From assembly GCA_903813345.2 (NCBI GenBank), contig CAIIXF020000001.1:5022001-5086000 (forward strand): a stretch of 64,000 nt of DNA, given 5' to 3'. Below the pieces are notes generated by a model. The model was not told the origin of the DNA. It worked only from the letters and a program-made list of their open reading frames with translations, and did not search any database. The stretch is from Owenia fusiformis. Taxonomy: Eukaryota. The position numbers were made by a program, and so were the translations under genes. Shown piece after piece: positions 13,201-28,600 of this stretch; positions within the stretch are counted from its first letter, which is position 1; the number at the start of each line of letters is the position of its first letter.

Positions 13201-15555
13201 GTCGATTCAAAGTTATAATGAGATGAATATTTGCGCCACAGAGTTATCTTTAACGTCATCTTCACAAGTTTAAGGATTGGGCAGAAGGAAATGGCAAATA
13301 CCGAGTCTAACACTATTCCACCCGGAAATCGTTATTTAGTCTTTTAATATGGCAGTTTGAATATATTATCATCTCTCGACTATCGCGATGGATTGAATAT
13401 GCCAACATTCGCAACCCTTGTAAATAAATATATTATCTTCTAAAATAATGGCATAGATAAGTAGTTGGAAATCGATTTTTACATCAAAGTGGAGGTAGCA
13501 AACACGACCCATTCGCTGCTTGTAATGGTAGGAGAGCGTTGAGTCTAATTGAGCGCATTTAATGGACATTTAATGTCTATTCCACATTGGTGGAAGCGAA
13601 ATTCTGTTTGTCCAACCTTGTTTTTCTATGTATTTTTAATTGTCTATAGCCATCATTTTGATAAATTGAATGAAATTGAATTTTGATGAGAAGTTTTTGT
13701 CATTTGTGAAATATGCCAGTGTTTCTTACGAATATGTTACTGGAAATATTACTCATTCGAAAGGTGGAATATGGTACAACAAGATGCTATTTACATTTGT
13801 CATACTTACCTGTTTTTCTGCAACGTTACACCAGCAAACAGATCCGGATCAATTCTCGTATTCTAGTGGAGGTACAACACACATGTAGCATAGCGACCCA
13901 TCAATGAATAAGCGAGACCATGCACGCGTTGCGTCGCATGCAGTTCAGCTCGAGCGATTTATGATTGCGATATTGATATTGATTTTGACAAAACAATTTC
14001 TTCAACGAAGACACAATATTGGATTGGTATATATTTGAATTTTGATGAACTCATTGCTAAATTTTCAAGTTTTTGAATGGAGTACATAATTCAGGTGTAT
14101 ATTCTACCACCCTGAAGGCAGTTGCTCCCCAATGTGTTACAATAATTACATTGATACTCAAATTAACAATTTTGAAGCTTTTCATCGCATTGGTTCCACC
14201 ATCTGACAGATATACCAGATACCTGGAATTAGCAAACCTTCCATAGTGCCTAAAAGTTAAAAACCTCAATTGAATAAACTCATTGGATAGTCATTGTTTT
14301 TGTTAGAGAAAACTAATCGTACGCTTAACATCTTTACTGTCAGTATGAACCATTTGTATGATGATCTGCCATTCATGAAACAAATAACTCTTGTTTGGTT
14401 CTCGTACATGCAAATGCACAAAATAATTTGGCCATGTAAATGCAATATTTAATATAAATGACATGGCCATTCAAGCAGATTCATCAATAATGGTGTAGAG
14501 AAAAGCTCTCATTTGTCACTTCAACAATATGTTATCTAATTAAAAGCACCTGTTTCCAGTACACAATAAACTTGTGATCATATAAAGAACAGGAGAATGG
14601 TAACATGTTGCTTGTAATTATACTCTGGCTAATACACCCCTATCATTTTATCAATAGGAAATATTGAAGCTTCTATCTTTTCTAATTTAATGTTGGGTAG
14701 TTTTATCATGTCTGAACTAAAGAAAAATAATGGTGTATCTCATAAACGATACACATAAATCAAAACTGAATCTGAAACTGAAAATCATTTTTAGTTTGTG
14801 GCAATAATTATTTGAATTGTTTACATTAAGATGGCTCTACATCAAAATAATTTCATAAAAAATGTTCAAAATGCAAGATCAAGTGAGGTGTGTTCTCATA
14901 TTAAAGGCTTCTCATATAATTTGAATAACTTAACGTTTTCGGTTCAGGACATGGTTTATGATATTTTGCATAATGTAATTTGAATGACCTTCGTAATGTT
15001 TACTGCTTAATTATAAATGTCCTGGACATGTATGAGTGTCTAAGATATGTTGTTTTAGGATTTGAAACACCCTTTGCATTCTAATTTCAGTGGGTATCAT
15101 ACATGGACCTTTCTCTCTGAAACGCCATTGCTTGGTGGATGATAGGGTGAAGATGATGAATTATGTTACGCCACACTCCACAATTGCCTACCAAGAAGAC
15201 ATCTCTTGAAAAGTAGAAGCAGTGAAACTGACCCTAAAGATGATTTTAACACTAACACACAAGTCACCAAAAGGTAAACGAATAGGTACAATGGTACAAT
15301 AAGCAAACACGATTGTATAATTCACATTCTAAATTACCAGTCACATTTCCATTATAGTCATACCTGTTTCTGTATCACTAATACTGACAATAACACTGAC
15401 TTATATAATATATAGTATTTACTATTTACTGTATTGTGTTGTCTATCATTTCTTCATACCCCATGTAGAATATTGGTTATACTGGGATGCCTTCTACAAA
15501 TTGACTAAGATTCCATAATTATGATTAAGGGTGAAAATCAAGGATTCGCACTTAC

Positions 15556-15655
15556 CCTTTTTAAGATCTGGTGGCATTGGACTGAGGCCCCCTAGTGCTG
15601 GTATTGGGGAATCACTTGTGGGTACACTGACGTCACTTATACTCGACATACTGTC
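15556..15655 (-). CDS. NOL4: NOL4-family exon 4 (DSMSSISDVS...PPDLKK)
   Basis: tttcag| acceptor, |gtaagt donor, 100 nt; phase 0 in and phase 1 out, matching both neighbours; Ser/Pro-rich linker. Confidence 0.75.
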
Positions 15656-18600
15656 CTGAAAATACACCAAACACAATATGAAGATAAACTTCAGTTTTTG
15701 ATATCACTCATTAGCGTTCTTCAGGACTTCGTGCAATTTAAGTAGCAGAAGTCTCGCTCTGGGGAAATAGTTTGTTTTTCCCAAAGCTCGCAACCATTTG
15801 GGTACGTGGGAATTGTCTGCAGTAGTTGAAGCAGCAAAATCAAAATATGCCGACGAAATCAGATTTTGAAAGTGTTAATCATTATCAAACTGGACGTCAA
15901 AATATTCTCTAATGCAATAGTCGACCATGCTACGTAGGCATAGTGAAAGAAGAATCATTATATCTAATACATAAGAAATTGATACTATCGCAGAAAGCAA
16001 TTTTACCTATACATTCATCGCATTTATTAGCGGAAAGAAAATGATATCCCCAAAGAGCCAGGGGTCACACGAACAGCGAATAGTCAAAGCGCATAAAGAA
16101 ATTCTCTAGAACCATGAGAGCCATTTCCGCAGTTGCCTAGTAACCAGTGAATTAGAGTTCCAATTCAAAGGTAGACCTGCACCGCTTAGGAGAAGATAAC
16201 GGCCAACCAAAAGCTTCGATTTTAATTTGCCTTGCAACGGATGAGGTTTTTTCTTTGTGTAAAAGGGGTGTAGTCGTATCGATTATTTCGTGGAAAACAA
16301 GCCAGTGTTCCCTGATTCCAAATATCTAATATATTCTGGGATTTGCCTTTGTGACTCATAAAATTGGCTTCAATTTCAACAATGGATAATGCTCTCATTT
16401 TTTCAACTGATTTTCATGGCATTTACACAAGAGTACAAACGTTATACTTGTACCATATGGTGCACTCTATTCAAAAATAATGCCCAATAATCTATGTTCT
16501 GCATTGATGTTGAGATTAATTAAAAGTTTGTTGAAGCACTTGAAATCAGGCCATAGTTTTATATAGTTAATCGATATACCTGAGGTAAAACCTGAAATGG
16601 GACATCAACTTTTATTAGCATTTGATCAAAATGAAAACAGGGAGCATATTGGCGTAATTAATCGGATTGGTAGATTATTCAGAACACGAAATTGAGACGA
16701 AATAGACGTTACACCTCACGGAGATGTTCATGATTGACATATGACGATCGTGGGAGTTAGATGGCAACACAAGCAAATGTTACAACCCAAACTTACCAAT
16801 GAAAACCAAAGTGACCAGTAAATGTCCCCGAATAAATCTTCAGATTTGCCCTTAGTTATTTCTAGTGTGTATTTCTAATGTATATATTCTAATGTATATA
16901 TTTAGACAAAACGCGCATGACATGATTGAAGTCATTGTCAAATCGTATTTATTTATTTAGTTAGTTTGATGAATTTATGAATGATTAATGATAATAGATT
17001 AAATATATTCACTGTATCTACCAGTCGACTACATAACGTCTCTCAGAAGCAACACTGGATGTCACATTGTTTTTAAATAGTTTCATGCAATTTTGCAATG
17101 TACGTTTTCCAAATATATTATGAATGATGTAAATGAATAATTTAATGAATAAAAGAGTAAAAACAAAATGCAGATTTAAACCCTTACTAAAAACATCTTG
17201 GTTTACAAGGTTTCAGTTGCTCCGTCGAACATGAAAAGAGCCTACACCTTTTTTAAAGTTTACATATGACTTATTTAGTCATGCATATTATGGGAAACAC
17301 AAGACGCTTATGATCATTTTTGATTGGTTCTATTAAAATGTTTTTGACTTTGAGGTTATCAATAAAAAATATATTTAAAAGTATGAAGTCATATGAAAAA
17401 ATCAAAGGATCTGAAATATGGAGCATTTCAAAGCATAGAGGACTTCTGAACGACGATTCAAGCCTTTTGGTATTATCTATCTAGACACCATTATGAAAGC
17501 ACACAATTCATCATTTCCACGAAGGTCAAGATATGGAAGAATGAAGGAGTTGAGAAAACCTCCTCAAATAATCAGAAAACGTGTAAAAATTGTTTGTTAT
17601 CAAAATAATGTATGGTACAAGAGTTTGGTCAAAACGTTTTTTATTGTTGGCTTTGAGAAATTCGTCAACACGTATAAGTGTGTCAAAGCTATCAGGATGA
17701 ACAACTTGGAAGTCATTGCAAAACTCCGAGGAATTGCTGATCAAAATGAAGGCTAATCATGGATGACATGTGATCTCATGATTTCATGTGATCTAAGGCA
17801 ATCAATAATGGTTTAACATATTTCAAAGGATAACATGCATTGTATGATTGTTCATGAATCCTCTTGCAATAAAACAACATTCAAAGATAACACATAAAAC
17901 TCTAAGCATGAACAATACGGGGCTTGAAAGGTAAAATGAATAATATATTCCAAATATGTAGTTTAACGATAGTTTACGATTACTTTCCGATATTTAGATT
18001 AGGTTATATGAAGGTTATTGCTAAATAAATTCCCTAGCTACATCAGTACACACATGCTATATACAGGAACATTAGGTTGTATTCAATAATCTCTTCTGCA
18101 TATCTGTCTGTGTATCAATACAATAAGGCTATAGCTTGTGCTGAACATATGTGTGATAATATTCACTATTCACAAAAACGGAGAAGATCCTGCTTGTGTT
18201 TTATATACTTACAACTCAGTTACAGCTTCTTGATCCGATCGCGCCCTTTCCTTCTTATAATTCACGACCCCTTTGGGATCACCGCATACAATATGGTATT
18301 GCTTTTCTCCGGAATTTATCTAGGCCTATCTTGTCACAGTTCTATCTCTATATTCCCAATGTTTCTTGTGGTCTATATCTGTTGTAAATATCAATAAAGG
18401 AATTAACTCAGAGAGACACGCGCCACGTATGGTAGCATCGCCCCTATACCGTGTATTGTAGTATATGATTAATCCCCTTCTCGCCAGCCTCGTGTTACAT
18501 TGGCCCTGCTATTGCCTCTACAGTACGAATACATTATCGATTTTACACAATTTAGGCTTCAGCGGTAATTTGGTCAAATATAATCCAACAATTATTGGTT

Positions 18601-21600
18601 TTCAGCACGACGTTACACCATCCCTCAACTTTGAATAAAGTTTGTCCAGAACGATAATGAAAGACAATGGCCAAAATAATAATCAATGGACGCAAGTTAA
18701 GAATTTCGTTCCAAATTATCGAAGAATATAATTACATTACCAAACCTACGATATAAACATACGAAATTGTTGTTATTGTTTTTATTTTGCTATTGCCATA
18801 CGTGTACGTATACTAAACAGATGAATGCAGTCACATTCCAATTTAATAACACCTATCAAAGTAACTATGAACAGGTGTATGCTACTCCCATGTGAACATA
18901 ATATATGTACATAATGATGTCCAAAATTGAAGAAAAGTCTCAACTCTGGAAAAACGTGACTATACGTGTATGATTGTGTTGTAAGATAACTAACCGATCT
19001 CACTTCGACGCAATTATTATGGGTAACCACTTTGCTGATCGGATTGGATCGGAGCAGAATGCGCCATTAAACGCTTCCTCTGGCGTCTAAGTACTTTTTA
19101 CAACACCGATTACATAAATTACCTGAGCGTTGAATCTAATAAATCAAGGACGAATACCGCATTTTCAATGGTCCATCCCTATTACCAATATCAACTATTA
19201 TTGATAAAAAATCTAGGAGGTCGTCGCAGTGTGTAATTTATTAGAAAGGCTCGCAAGTTATTTGACATGGAGGGCTTGGTTCACCTTAGGGGTACACGTC
19301 AAACCCCTTGAGTATCGATCTATGGTAATTACAGTGGAACGTGTGCGGACTAACTGTGGCTATTATCTCCTGAGAACGTCTCTCTTCTTCATGAATCAGT
19401 GGCTCAATGCCGGTTACTCTTCCCACATTCTCACCGAATCGGCCTTTGTTCGCAAGCACCCACCTGGTGCAAAAAACGCATACTACTGTGCACTGTCCCC
19501 TCCCCTCAAAACAAAGCACATATAAATCAATTCTAATAAATTAAAATTTGACTACGAACTTTTTAACACTGTTGTTTTTATACAGTATTTAATATCTTCA
19601 TCGCATTTTTTCATTATCAGCTATAAATGCATCTTTTCTTAAACAATGAGTGTATGAAAAACACGCTATTATGATTACGGCTGTAAAACAACCTATTTCG
19701 AGTCAAGGCGATCGTTTTTCTTATTTCAATTAAAATCAATACCTAAAGTAGGCCTATTAATAGAAATAAAGGTAAAGATGTTTATTTCAAAGGCAGTTGT
19801 GCCCGTTTCTATTTTTTCATATGATTCTTGTTACAGAAGTAAAGGTGCAACAGCAGTTTGTTATCGATCAATAAAGGAGGGTTTCGTTATAAACCTTTCA
19901 ATATATTAACTAAATTAAAACAATATTTGATGACATGCCAAATATCATTCCATAATATTCATATCACCCATACAGTTTGTATATATTTCGAATGAAAAAC
20001 TATGGGAAGCTGTATGCTGACACGTTTTAAACCATTTTCCCAAATCAGATCAACACAAATTTTCTATTTACTTTGTTTTTATCAAAGTATTTACTTTTCT
20101 TCTTACAATTACAATTTTTAAAATGGAAAAATTATGATGAATTTGCATATTTGGATAACTCGTAAGAGCATTTTTCAAAATACACGAAGAAATGTTTACT
20201 TTTAGAGTTTCACTTCCATTTATCAATATTAAGCATCTCTTCCCATGACCAGTGTCGCAAAATCACCCATTGCGCATACTTAATCTACTTCGTGACCATA
20301 CAGTTATGTAGCACAACATGTTATTGCGACTAGCGTTTGATATATGACTACAGCTACTGTAAAACAAATGGGACAATGGAATGTGAATTTTTACTTTCCA
20401 GCAGGGTATGCTTTTGCTAAAATAAAGTGGAATTGGCATGACTGGTTTCTATTTAATATTAAGTATATTATAATTATACCTTTCTTTGTGTGAAACGGCA
20501 TCTCAAATTATCAAAATTGTTCCAAACAATAACGTTAGACGAAAATCACTAAAACTAAGCTTTGGTATATTACTCGGGGTCAAGACTGTTGAAAAACAAT
20601 AAAACGTCTCGTTTAGGTTCTGCAAAAATACCTACATGTATATGACCCGAGGAAAGACAACTTCAATTCCAACACGGTCGCATGGATGCAGTTTTTCGTG
20701 ATTTCACATCGCCATTCATTACGTGGCGTCTACGAGCAGAATATGGGTATTCTGACGCACTTAAGATGTTCCTTAAAACATCTTAATAACCATGCTCCTG
20801 TACCTGACTTATCTCTATTACCATGACAACGGGTTATTATCTGATTCCTACCTGAGCCTATAAGTGGGTAGACTAAATTGGAACGAAATCTTTATTTCTT
20901 GTATTGATCAGTTCCTCAGCGATGTTCTGTGCACCTCCCTAGTGTAGAATTTCACCGAACGCCGCGTCCAAAACATTCAGATCAATACTAGAGAGACTAA
21001 AAACCACCATTAGCTAATGGAAGTAAGAGAAAAAGCAGAACGCCTACCTGTATGTTTGTTACGATGTATGAGAGGGTTTTGTTCGGTTTTTCAAGCCGAT
21101 TGGTACACAGAAGTGCCCACGGGAGCATCTGAACTGACATCGGTACATAAACATGGTAATAAATGTTCAACAGTTAACACTTGTCACCTGGTCGTCACAT
21201 TAAATGGTTAAAACACTGACTTACAAGGGCCGGCGTGTAACAATGTATACCCAATAAAACATGAAAAACATTTAAGTTTTGGATGTAACTTGGGGCAGTA
21301 TTTGCAAAACTTAATGGCATTCTTCTCATAGATATACGCTAAATTGGGTCATTCAAGCAATTGCTTATGAAACTATAACGCGGTGAAAAAAGGAGCGAGG
21401 AATTATTTAGCGTTAGCTGCAAATTGTTGTATTCCTCGATTCAAAACTGCTAAGTAAAATATCAAGTATCACTGATCATTGAGAAAACACAATGTACTCT
21501 ATTAGAAAAGGAAGACAAAATGAATAATGTAAGCTGATTCTGAACAAATACAGAACCTCCATTCTAATTTATCAGAGTCACTTTTTATCTAATGCTTGTA

Positions 21601-23123
21601 TATTCTAAAGGATAGTAAAGGCTTTGGATCCTACAATGCAGAACATCGTGATCATCCAGATTGATGTTTGGAGCCCCGTGTTGACAGAACCTCAAAATAG
21701 GACAAACTTTCGTGGAATTTGCACTAAGTTTTTCTTATTCTTATTTGCAGCTGTCATTTTGAACCTAGATGTTCTTAACACCCCCATTCAATTAACATAA
21801 TTAGTGGAACGTATGCGAATTGTGGATATGAACCGATAGAACATATTTAAACTCCTCTATAGGTTTAACAATTTTGGACTACAAGTTAAAACATGATGAT
21901 GTTAGAACTCGAATTTACATTTATCCAATTTATTATCGAGTTAGAAATATAAATTGACTTCATTTCCAAAGACTCCAACTTTTGTATGATTGTTGAACAC
22001 CCTAGAACATGAGTACTCTCCTCATTTCGGCACCCGTCTGTCGGTCAACCAACGGTGGTGAAGACCGAGCGTGCGAAGATGCAAGTATTTGGTGTAATGG
22101 TTTTAGTTTTGACACGTACACATTCAGTCAAGTTTAGCTATAGTCTACCAGGTCTTTTTGTACTTTAGAACTGGTGAGGTACACGCGACTGAAATACACC
22201 TGTGGTACGTACTAGGTAAAAACGATACGGGTGCGATCTGAGCCTCAGGGTGCGATAGAGAGTATGTTTCTTTCGGGATTCCAGAATTGTAATGTGTAAT
22301 ACTATAGCAATCTTTGAACTGATCTGCCATCTATAAATAATGATAACTTTTATATTGTGCTCTCTCGTTAAACGTTTGAGGGAGACAAAGTATTGATCGA
22401 AGATGTAAATAAAGCTTTGAAAAAATCTTGACCTATTCAATAGAATCAATGAACTTGAAAACACCTTTTAACCCTGAGTATAGAAGAATAAATTTAAAGA
22501 AATGAGAGTATGTCGTAAATATTAATAATAATGACTCCTGTTCACTCTTGACTAAGTTGTCATAAATTCAGTTTTCAAAACAGGTCAGTTTGAATTCTTA
22601 GAATTAAAATCAACATGGCCCAGTTTTCAATCTTTTGGAAATGTATTTTAAATCAAGATCGTACTTGCCATCAAGAAAGTATATGTGTGCTAGTGACGGG
22701 GCTCCAAATTTAAATGGAATGTATCTAGGTAGACCACTGGATATGGCAGTCTCGAATTACATTTTTTAATTTTAGTAATATTGTTCAAGGATCGAAAATA
22801 CCATCAATTCTGCGGTCGAGTTTGAAGTTGATAGAATGTTATCAAAATGCTCTTGAACTGGTGAAATGTAGATCCCCATTCGTATTTGATAAAAAAGATA
22901 ATTATGTTGTTTTCAATAAACTGTCCTAATACCATAAAGGTCCCGAGGTTATTTGACAGACATGTTTTTGTCACAAGTTAAGGAACAAGGATGTCATCGT
23001 AGGAACATGTGAGAAAAAGTTGAACTGAGGTCATGTGACCAGTTTTCAATCATATGTTTTGTCTGAACCTTGGTTATACCAGTGATCTAAGCCTACCCTC
23101 TAAAGCTTTTAGTATCCCAATAT

Positions 23124-23553
23124 CCCAGATGCGAGTAGAAATAATCTTGATTTACGTCATTAAAAATTCACAATTCAGTCAAACTGATGTCATATTTGGA
23201 ATCTTCATGTAAAATTACATTTAGAAATGTGGTTTTGAAAAGACTTTATCAACTTTGAAAATTAAATTTTCTTTGAAAATGTGACTTCTAGGTCGGGGAG
23301 ATTCCCCATAGAGCCCATGTTGTAAAACCACAAAAAGTGAAATATCTTTTATTGTGTTGGGCAGATAATATTTTCTTTTACTGGACATATTTTAATTTGT
23401 ATAACTATCAGTTACATAAAGGTAATATGAAAAGTGAACCATTAAAACTGATGCATATTCAAGTTTAAGGGAATTTTGTAATACCCTGCCATGTTAATTC
23501 CCCCGAGTCAGCCACCTGGTGGCGAAACTGCTAACTACCTACTCGCATCTGAG
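23124..23553. mobile_element. ~430-bp MITE in NOL4 intron 3
   Basis: TIR CCCAGATGCGAGTAG / CTACTCGCATCTGAG; its right part recurs inverted at ~33572-33740. Confidence 0.75.
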
Positions 23554-24215
23554 TAATTGGCTAAGTTGACTATTGTCATATGCATATTTGTGAACTCCAA
23601 TGACGGTCCGCTAATTAACACCCACGTGTTAATTATTGAACTGTATTTTGATATCCTACAAAGAGTGTTGTCACGATGTCATATTTAAACTGCTGGTGGA
23701 CCAATTTTCTTTATATAAGTAGTAAAGAGATGTACAGGGGGCCGTTGACTAGAAAATGCAAATCGCATTCTCTGTCTCCCTAAAAATCAAAATGGTAGTT
23801 GAGATGAGTAAATTGCGAACTTGAATCGTCTTTCTTATTCATGAAAATTAAAATCGTTCATCTTTAGCCAAAGATCTTTTTGTAAGTTCTGAGCTCATAA
23901 TAATAACGAATCATCATATTATATGTTTTTTATGGAACAACATTCTTTCTCCTCCGGTTGCCGGGATTAAAACAGTTGAATTAAGGGGCTGAGGAACAGT
24001 TTAGCACCATCTTTCAATGAGCCCTTCTCATTGCCCTAAATGATTATTAGGATAAACTTATTGAAGGTGTTGGATGCAAAGGTATTCAGTATTTATCCTC
24101 ACGAGGTCAACGACCCCTAAAGGTCAATCTCCATCGGAAATGACAATGTTTATCTCGCAATATAGAATGGAAACGGACATTAACCTTAACACCCATGAAC
24201 GTAAAATATATTTAC

Positions 24216-24458
24216 CTCTTCCATTTTGACTTCGCCATTTTGATACATGAATCCGTCCCCAACCTGTCCCTTTCCACGCATGTGATTAAGATATGCTGTT
24301 GTGATGGGCATACTATAGTCTATTATAGGTTGGTCCAGTGAGGTGTTCGCTGTTACATTATTGTTCTCTCCACTATGCATGCGCTTCTGACAGTCTGCGC
24401 ACGAGAGAAGAAAATGCGTCACTGCTTCACGTGGTATAAACGAATAGGTTTCAGAAAT
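24216..24458 (-). CDS. NOL4: NOL4-family exon 3 (ISETYSFIPREAVTHFLLSCADCQKRMH...KMEE)
   Basis: Continues the conserved NOL4 sequence (ISE.Y.F.PREAVT.FL.SC..CQKRMH; IDYSMPIT.AYL.HM); ttccag| acceptor, |gtaaat donor, 243 nt, phase 0/0. Confidence 0.95.
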
Positions 24459-25464
24459 CTGGAATCAATGGAAGACAGTATGTAAATGTATATCATAAAA
24501 GTACAGGTTGATCCGAAAACGTCAACTTATTTATTCGCTAATAATTTCTTTCACTGCTATGGGTTTCAAAACCATACAGTGAGGCCAATTATGTAATTGT
24601 TCCCCAGAATTTCATTCAGGTACATTCGGCCAGTGTATTTCTTGTTACATGTGCATGAAAACAGGGATTTTAATGGTTAATTTCAGTGGCAGAACTTTCG
24701 TATCTAGTTAACGACACTTTGATTCGCAGGTACAGACAAACGAAATCACCAATTTGTAATACAAAAGATGTTGGTCATTCGACCTGGCGTTTACTTAAGT
24801 ATGATCTGTCATATAATTATATTAATATGCGTTATATCGCGAATTACTCTAATTTGTATATAAATATCAAATTGCTTCCCGACTGTGAACTAAATTAAGT
24901 ATTGTGTTGAAAATTACATAATTTGGGTCTCTTATAGGTATGAGTCTAATCCGAATAATTCGAATATAACTAGAACCACTGATGGAAAAAATTTGAAAAA
25001 ATTAGTCCAGTTTCTCCAGTTATTATATTTTTGAAAGACCTTTTTTAACAACATTAGCAAATATAGACGTGGTATGGCCCACGAAGAAGGCAGAAGAAAA
25101 TTATTGTATTTGATATGACAAAAACCAGCACTCGGCAGAATGTTTACTACGATTACCTTCCAATGCATATATGTGTAGAGGAAGAGTTTCAAGATGCTCC
25201 ATTGACGGAAAAACAAATGACGCAATTTGCAACAAGGTTCTGATCCTATATACATCGGGATAACAGTAGGTCAAATGGTAAAGGGTTTGGAATGGCTTAA
25301 TTATATTTAAGGAACATTCATGTTGTGCAATCTGTTATTGGTTCTTGTCTATACTTAATATAGCTACGATATTAGTCATGTGTTAATTGATATGACTTAT
25401 ACTCCAGTCATGTATGAGATGTAACTAAGCAATGAGGACCAAACATCACTGTACGGCGACTCAC

Positions 25465-25605
25465 CGCTTTGTAGGTTCGTTTTTGTCCCGCATGTTTTCC
25501 ACTTCGTCCCTCCATTTCAACATGTACAGAATATATAATATCGAAGAAATCTTCCACCACTGCCACACGTTTGTAGACCCTGTCTTCGTCTGGAGCATCT
25601 TCAGC
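25465..25605 (-). CDS. NOL4: NOL4-family exon 2 (AEDAP...KRVAVVEDFFDIIYSVHVE...GKHAGQKRTYKA)
   Basis: Near-identical to the NOL4 motif RVAVVEDFFDIIYSMHVE...KHAGQKRTYKA; ttgcag| acceptor, |gtgagt donor, 141 nt, phase 0/0. Confidence 0.95.
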
Positions 25606-28600
25606 CTGCAATAAGATAAACATATGCCATAGGAACTCAAATATTTGATAGGCTAAGAACTTCAAAGCTTTAATAAGCAGATGCCATGACCAGATAGCAA
25701 TTTCGTAAAAATAAAAATTCGTTACACTTGGCTCATAAGAAGAAAATGTTCGTCCTCGGATTAGTAATAGGCGGATGTGTACCAATGGGTTGCGTGTTGA
25801 AACCAATTGGACAGAGAAGTATATAAGCTACAGAATGACTACAATATTGGGCGAGTAACCAGGTAATTACACAGATTTTCTCTAGTACACCATACGCTAA
25901 CTGAATGATAAATCAACTAGTTGCCATGGAAACGTATCCTGTCCCGGTAACTCTAATGTATGCTTACTTCATCTCGGCGACAGGACAATCTTATAGTGTT
26001 GAACCAGTGAATACACACTTAATTCCATCATGCTGCCTTCTCGGCTTGCATGTCACTTCCTAGAGAGGACATATGGTTTCAATCTACGATTACAAAGATA
26101 ATCGTATCTTATGTATAATACATTGCCATTGACCATTCTACTTATTCAAACGAGTTGTGATTACCTGGAAGGGTTAATAGGAGTAGCGCCGAAGTTATCA
26201 GTTCTTGTTTAACAACCATCTCTCGGATGTCACTAATTTCTAACAATCAAACCACACACGGTAACATCAAACCAGTAGAATCATGGCAATAGAGCAAGCC
26301 ACACCAAGTTCAAGTCAACATAGCAAACAGAGAGTTCACATCAATAAAGCAAGTCACACAGAGCTCAAGTAAATAGAGAGAGCGACGTATTTTTCAAACC
26401 GACACATATTTGTAATAATATTTAGTGATACATGTACACACCACAGGCCACTTGTCTGGTTTCATGTGAAGCTAAATTATGAAAGTTTCGCTGTCGCCAA
26501 GGACGGATTTGCTATAAAATCAACCACTCGATATAACTGATACATATTGAGATGTACTCTGTATCATTGAAATTCCACCTTGATGTCAAAATATATCTTT
26601 TTAAGTACCACAGGGGATCCAGAGTTTTAGTGAATAGGAACTCCTTCTCTATACCATTTCCACCAAAATCTTGCATCTTTATGTTCTAGGACACCTTTTC
26701 TAGAGATGCAGAAAGTCTGTACACTAAATCATGTAGTTAAGAATTTTGAAGCCTCTGAATATGCGACTGAAAATGTTCAACAATAAGGAAAGATTGCTGA
26801 ATGGAATTTTTCGAATTTTCTTGAAAATATGCCTACTTCATTGTTTGAAAAGTACACCATAAATAACGTTTTTTCCATTTTTAATTAGGTTGGTTACAAT
26901 AGTTAACGTTGTCGTTGGTCAGTAGGGCCGTGCCACCTACAGGGTTTCACTAATTTGATATCAACGCGTCGCATTAATTAGCTTAAAACAACGCTGCTTG
27001 GACTATTTGACTTCTTTAAAAGAAAACCGTAGCTTTTTACGGTGTAATAAACATTTAACTAAAAACCTGTACCGTATTCGGTATACAAGGAATAAAATCG
27101 AGTTTTTCATTTTACGATTCCCAAATCGCACAATGTGCACTCGCTAGTTTTTTTCAAAAGAAAGCACATTTGTTCGAATACAAGATATAATAGGAAACTA
27201 TATCCATCGAAGTTTAACTAATTCGTTAATACAAGCTGAACGAAAGATGCAACCCTCTATTTTTATTAGGTGCGGAATACCACCTTTTATCAAAATAAAC
27301 GTTTTTGCGATGTAGTGATATCACATTGTGTTAAGTGTTTTAGGCGTTTAGTGTAACATCATGAAAATCAGATCAAAATTATGAAATTAGACCAAGTATA
27401 TTACAGGCTGTGGATCCTACAATGGTACAATAGGTTTCCCACCAAAAGTTTGACAAATGTAGTCGTCATAGTTATTATTTGGGAGATTTTTTAAAAACCT
27501 TAAACATTTTGAATAACTTCACAAATTGATTGATAACATATCGCAATTTTTTTGTTTTTGAGATCTTAGGTTCATGTTGTCTGCAATTTTGTCACCCTTA
27601 CAGATTTAATTCTACCTTTAGTGGAGAAGTTATGTTTCAATAGTCTTGCTACAATCCCTTGTGACAGAGTTGTTGAAGGAGATAGTCCGGGGTCTTGAAA
27701 TAGGACTATTTGTTGAAAGCATTTGAATGCTACTTGTATATCATATTTCTGCTTCAGAATGCATCGTGTCTTGCAATAAACATGATCTAACGCTCAACAG
27801 AACTATATTCATACTTCCCAATGACTCGAAGGCACAAAACGAGAATCCTACAGAGAATTCAAGCTGAAATCTCGGGATGTTTGTTAATGACAATGGTGTC
27901 AGTTGTCTGGAAGAGATCAGTACAAAATAATTACTTTGTGATGCACCTGCGGCGTGAACGTTGCAAACAGTTTTTAATTTTCTCCAATAGCATCTTACAG
28001 GCCACCTACCCCGGGCACAGAGAACTAAGAAATAAATATACAGTTTTGATGCTGTAGATCAAATGAACCCACAAAGTAGCTTGCGTGGCCTTTTATGGGA
28101 GTTTGGACATAAAATAAATGCAAGATACTGCACTGATTGGGTAGCTTCAACCTGATCGATACGTTCTCAATACATTGATTAGGTAAGGCTATGATCAAAG
28201 GATTACCTCAGAGTGGAGATGAAGCTGTCTTTTAAGTAGCGAAATCAAACTATTGGGAATGGTACAAGCCATCAAGACTAGCCTGGCAAACAACTTAATT
28301 GGATATTGGCAATGCTCTAAACGTTTCAATTGTTTATTTAAACTTTGGAAGTCGAAGATGGTCAATAGGTTATAGGTAACACATTCCATCTAATACCAAT
28401 AAAAAGGAGTATATTAGGTTAACAATACGGTTACAAATATGTTTTATATCTTTTATAAGTTCATGTTTTACATATAGTCAGTCTATTTTAATAAAAGAAT
28501 TTACCGAATAACTATATGATTAAGTCACAATTTGCATTTACATAAACGTCTTGAAAGGAAGCGATGGGGTATCACTGATTCCAAAGCAATCTCGTTTAAG

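Noticed and set aside
18080-18400. ORFs 18077..18397 and 18196..18387, and a weak LINE-tail-like peptide on the minus strand
   Set aside because: No recognisable domain or splice support; the similarity is only a few residues
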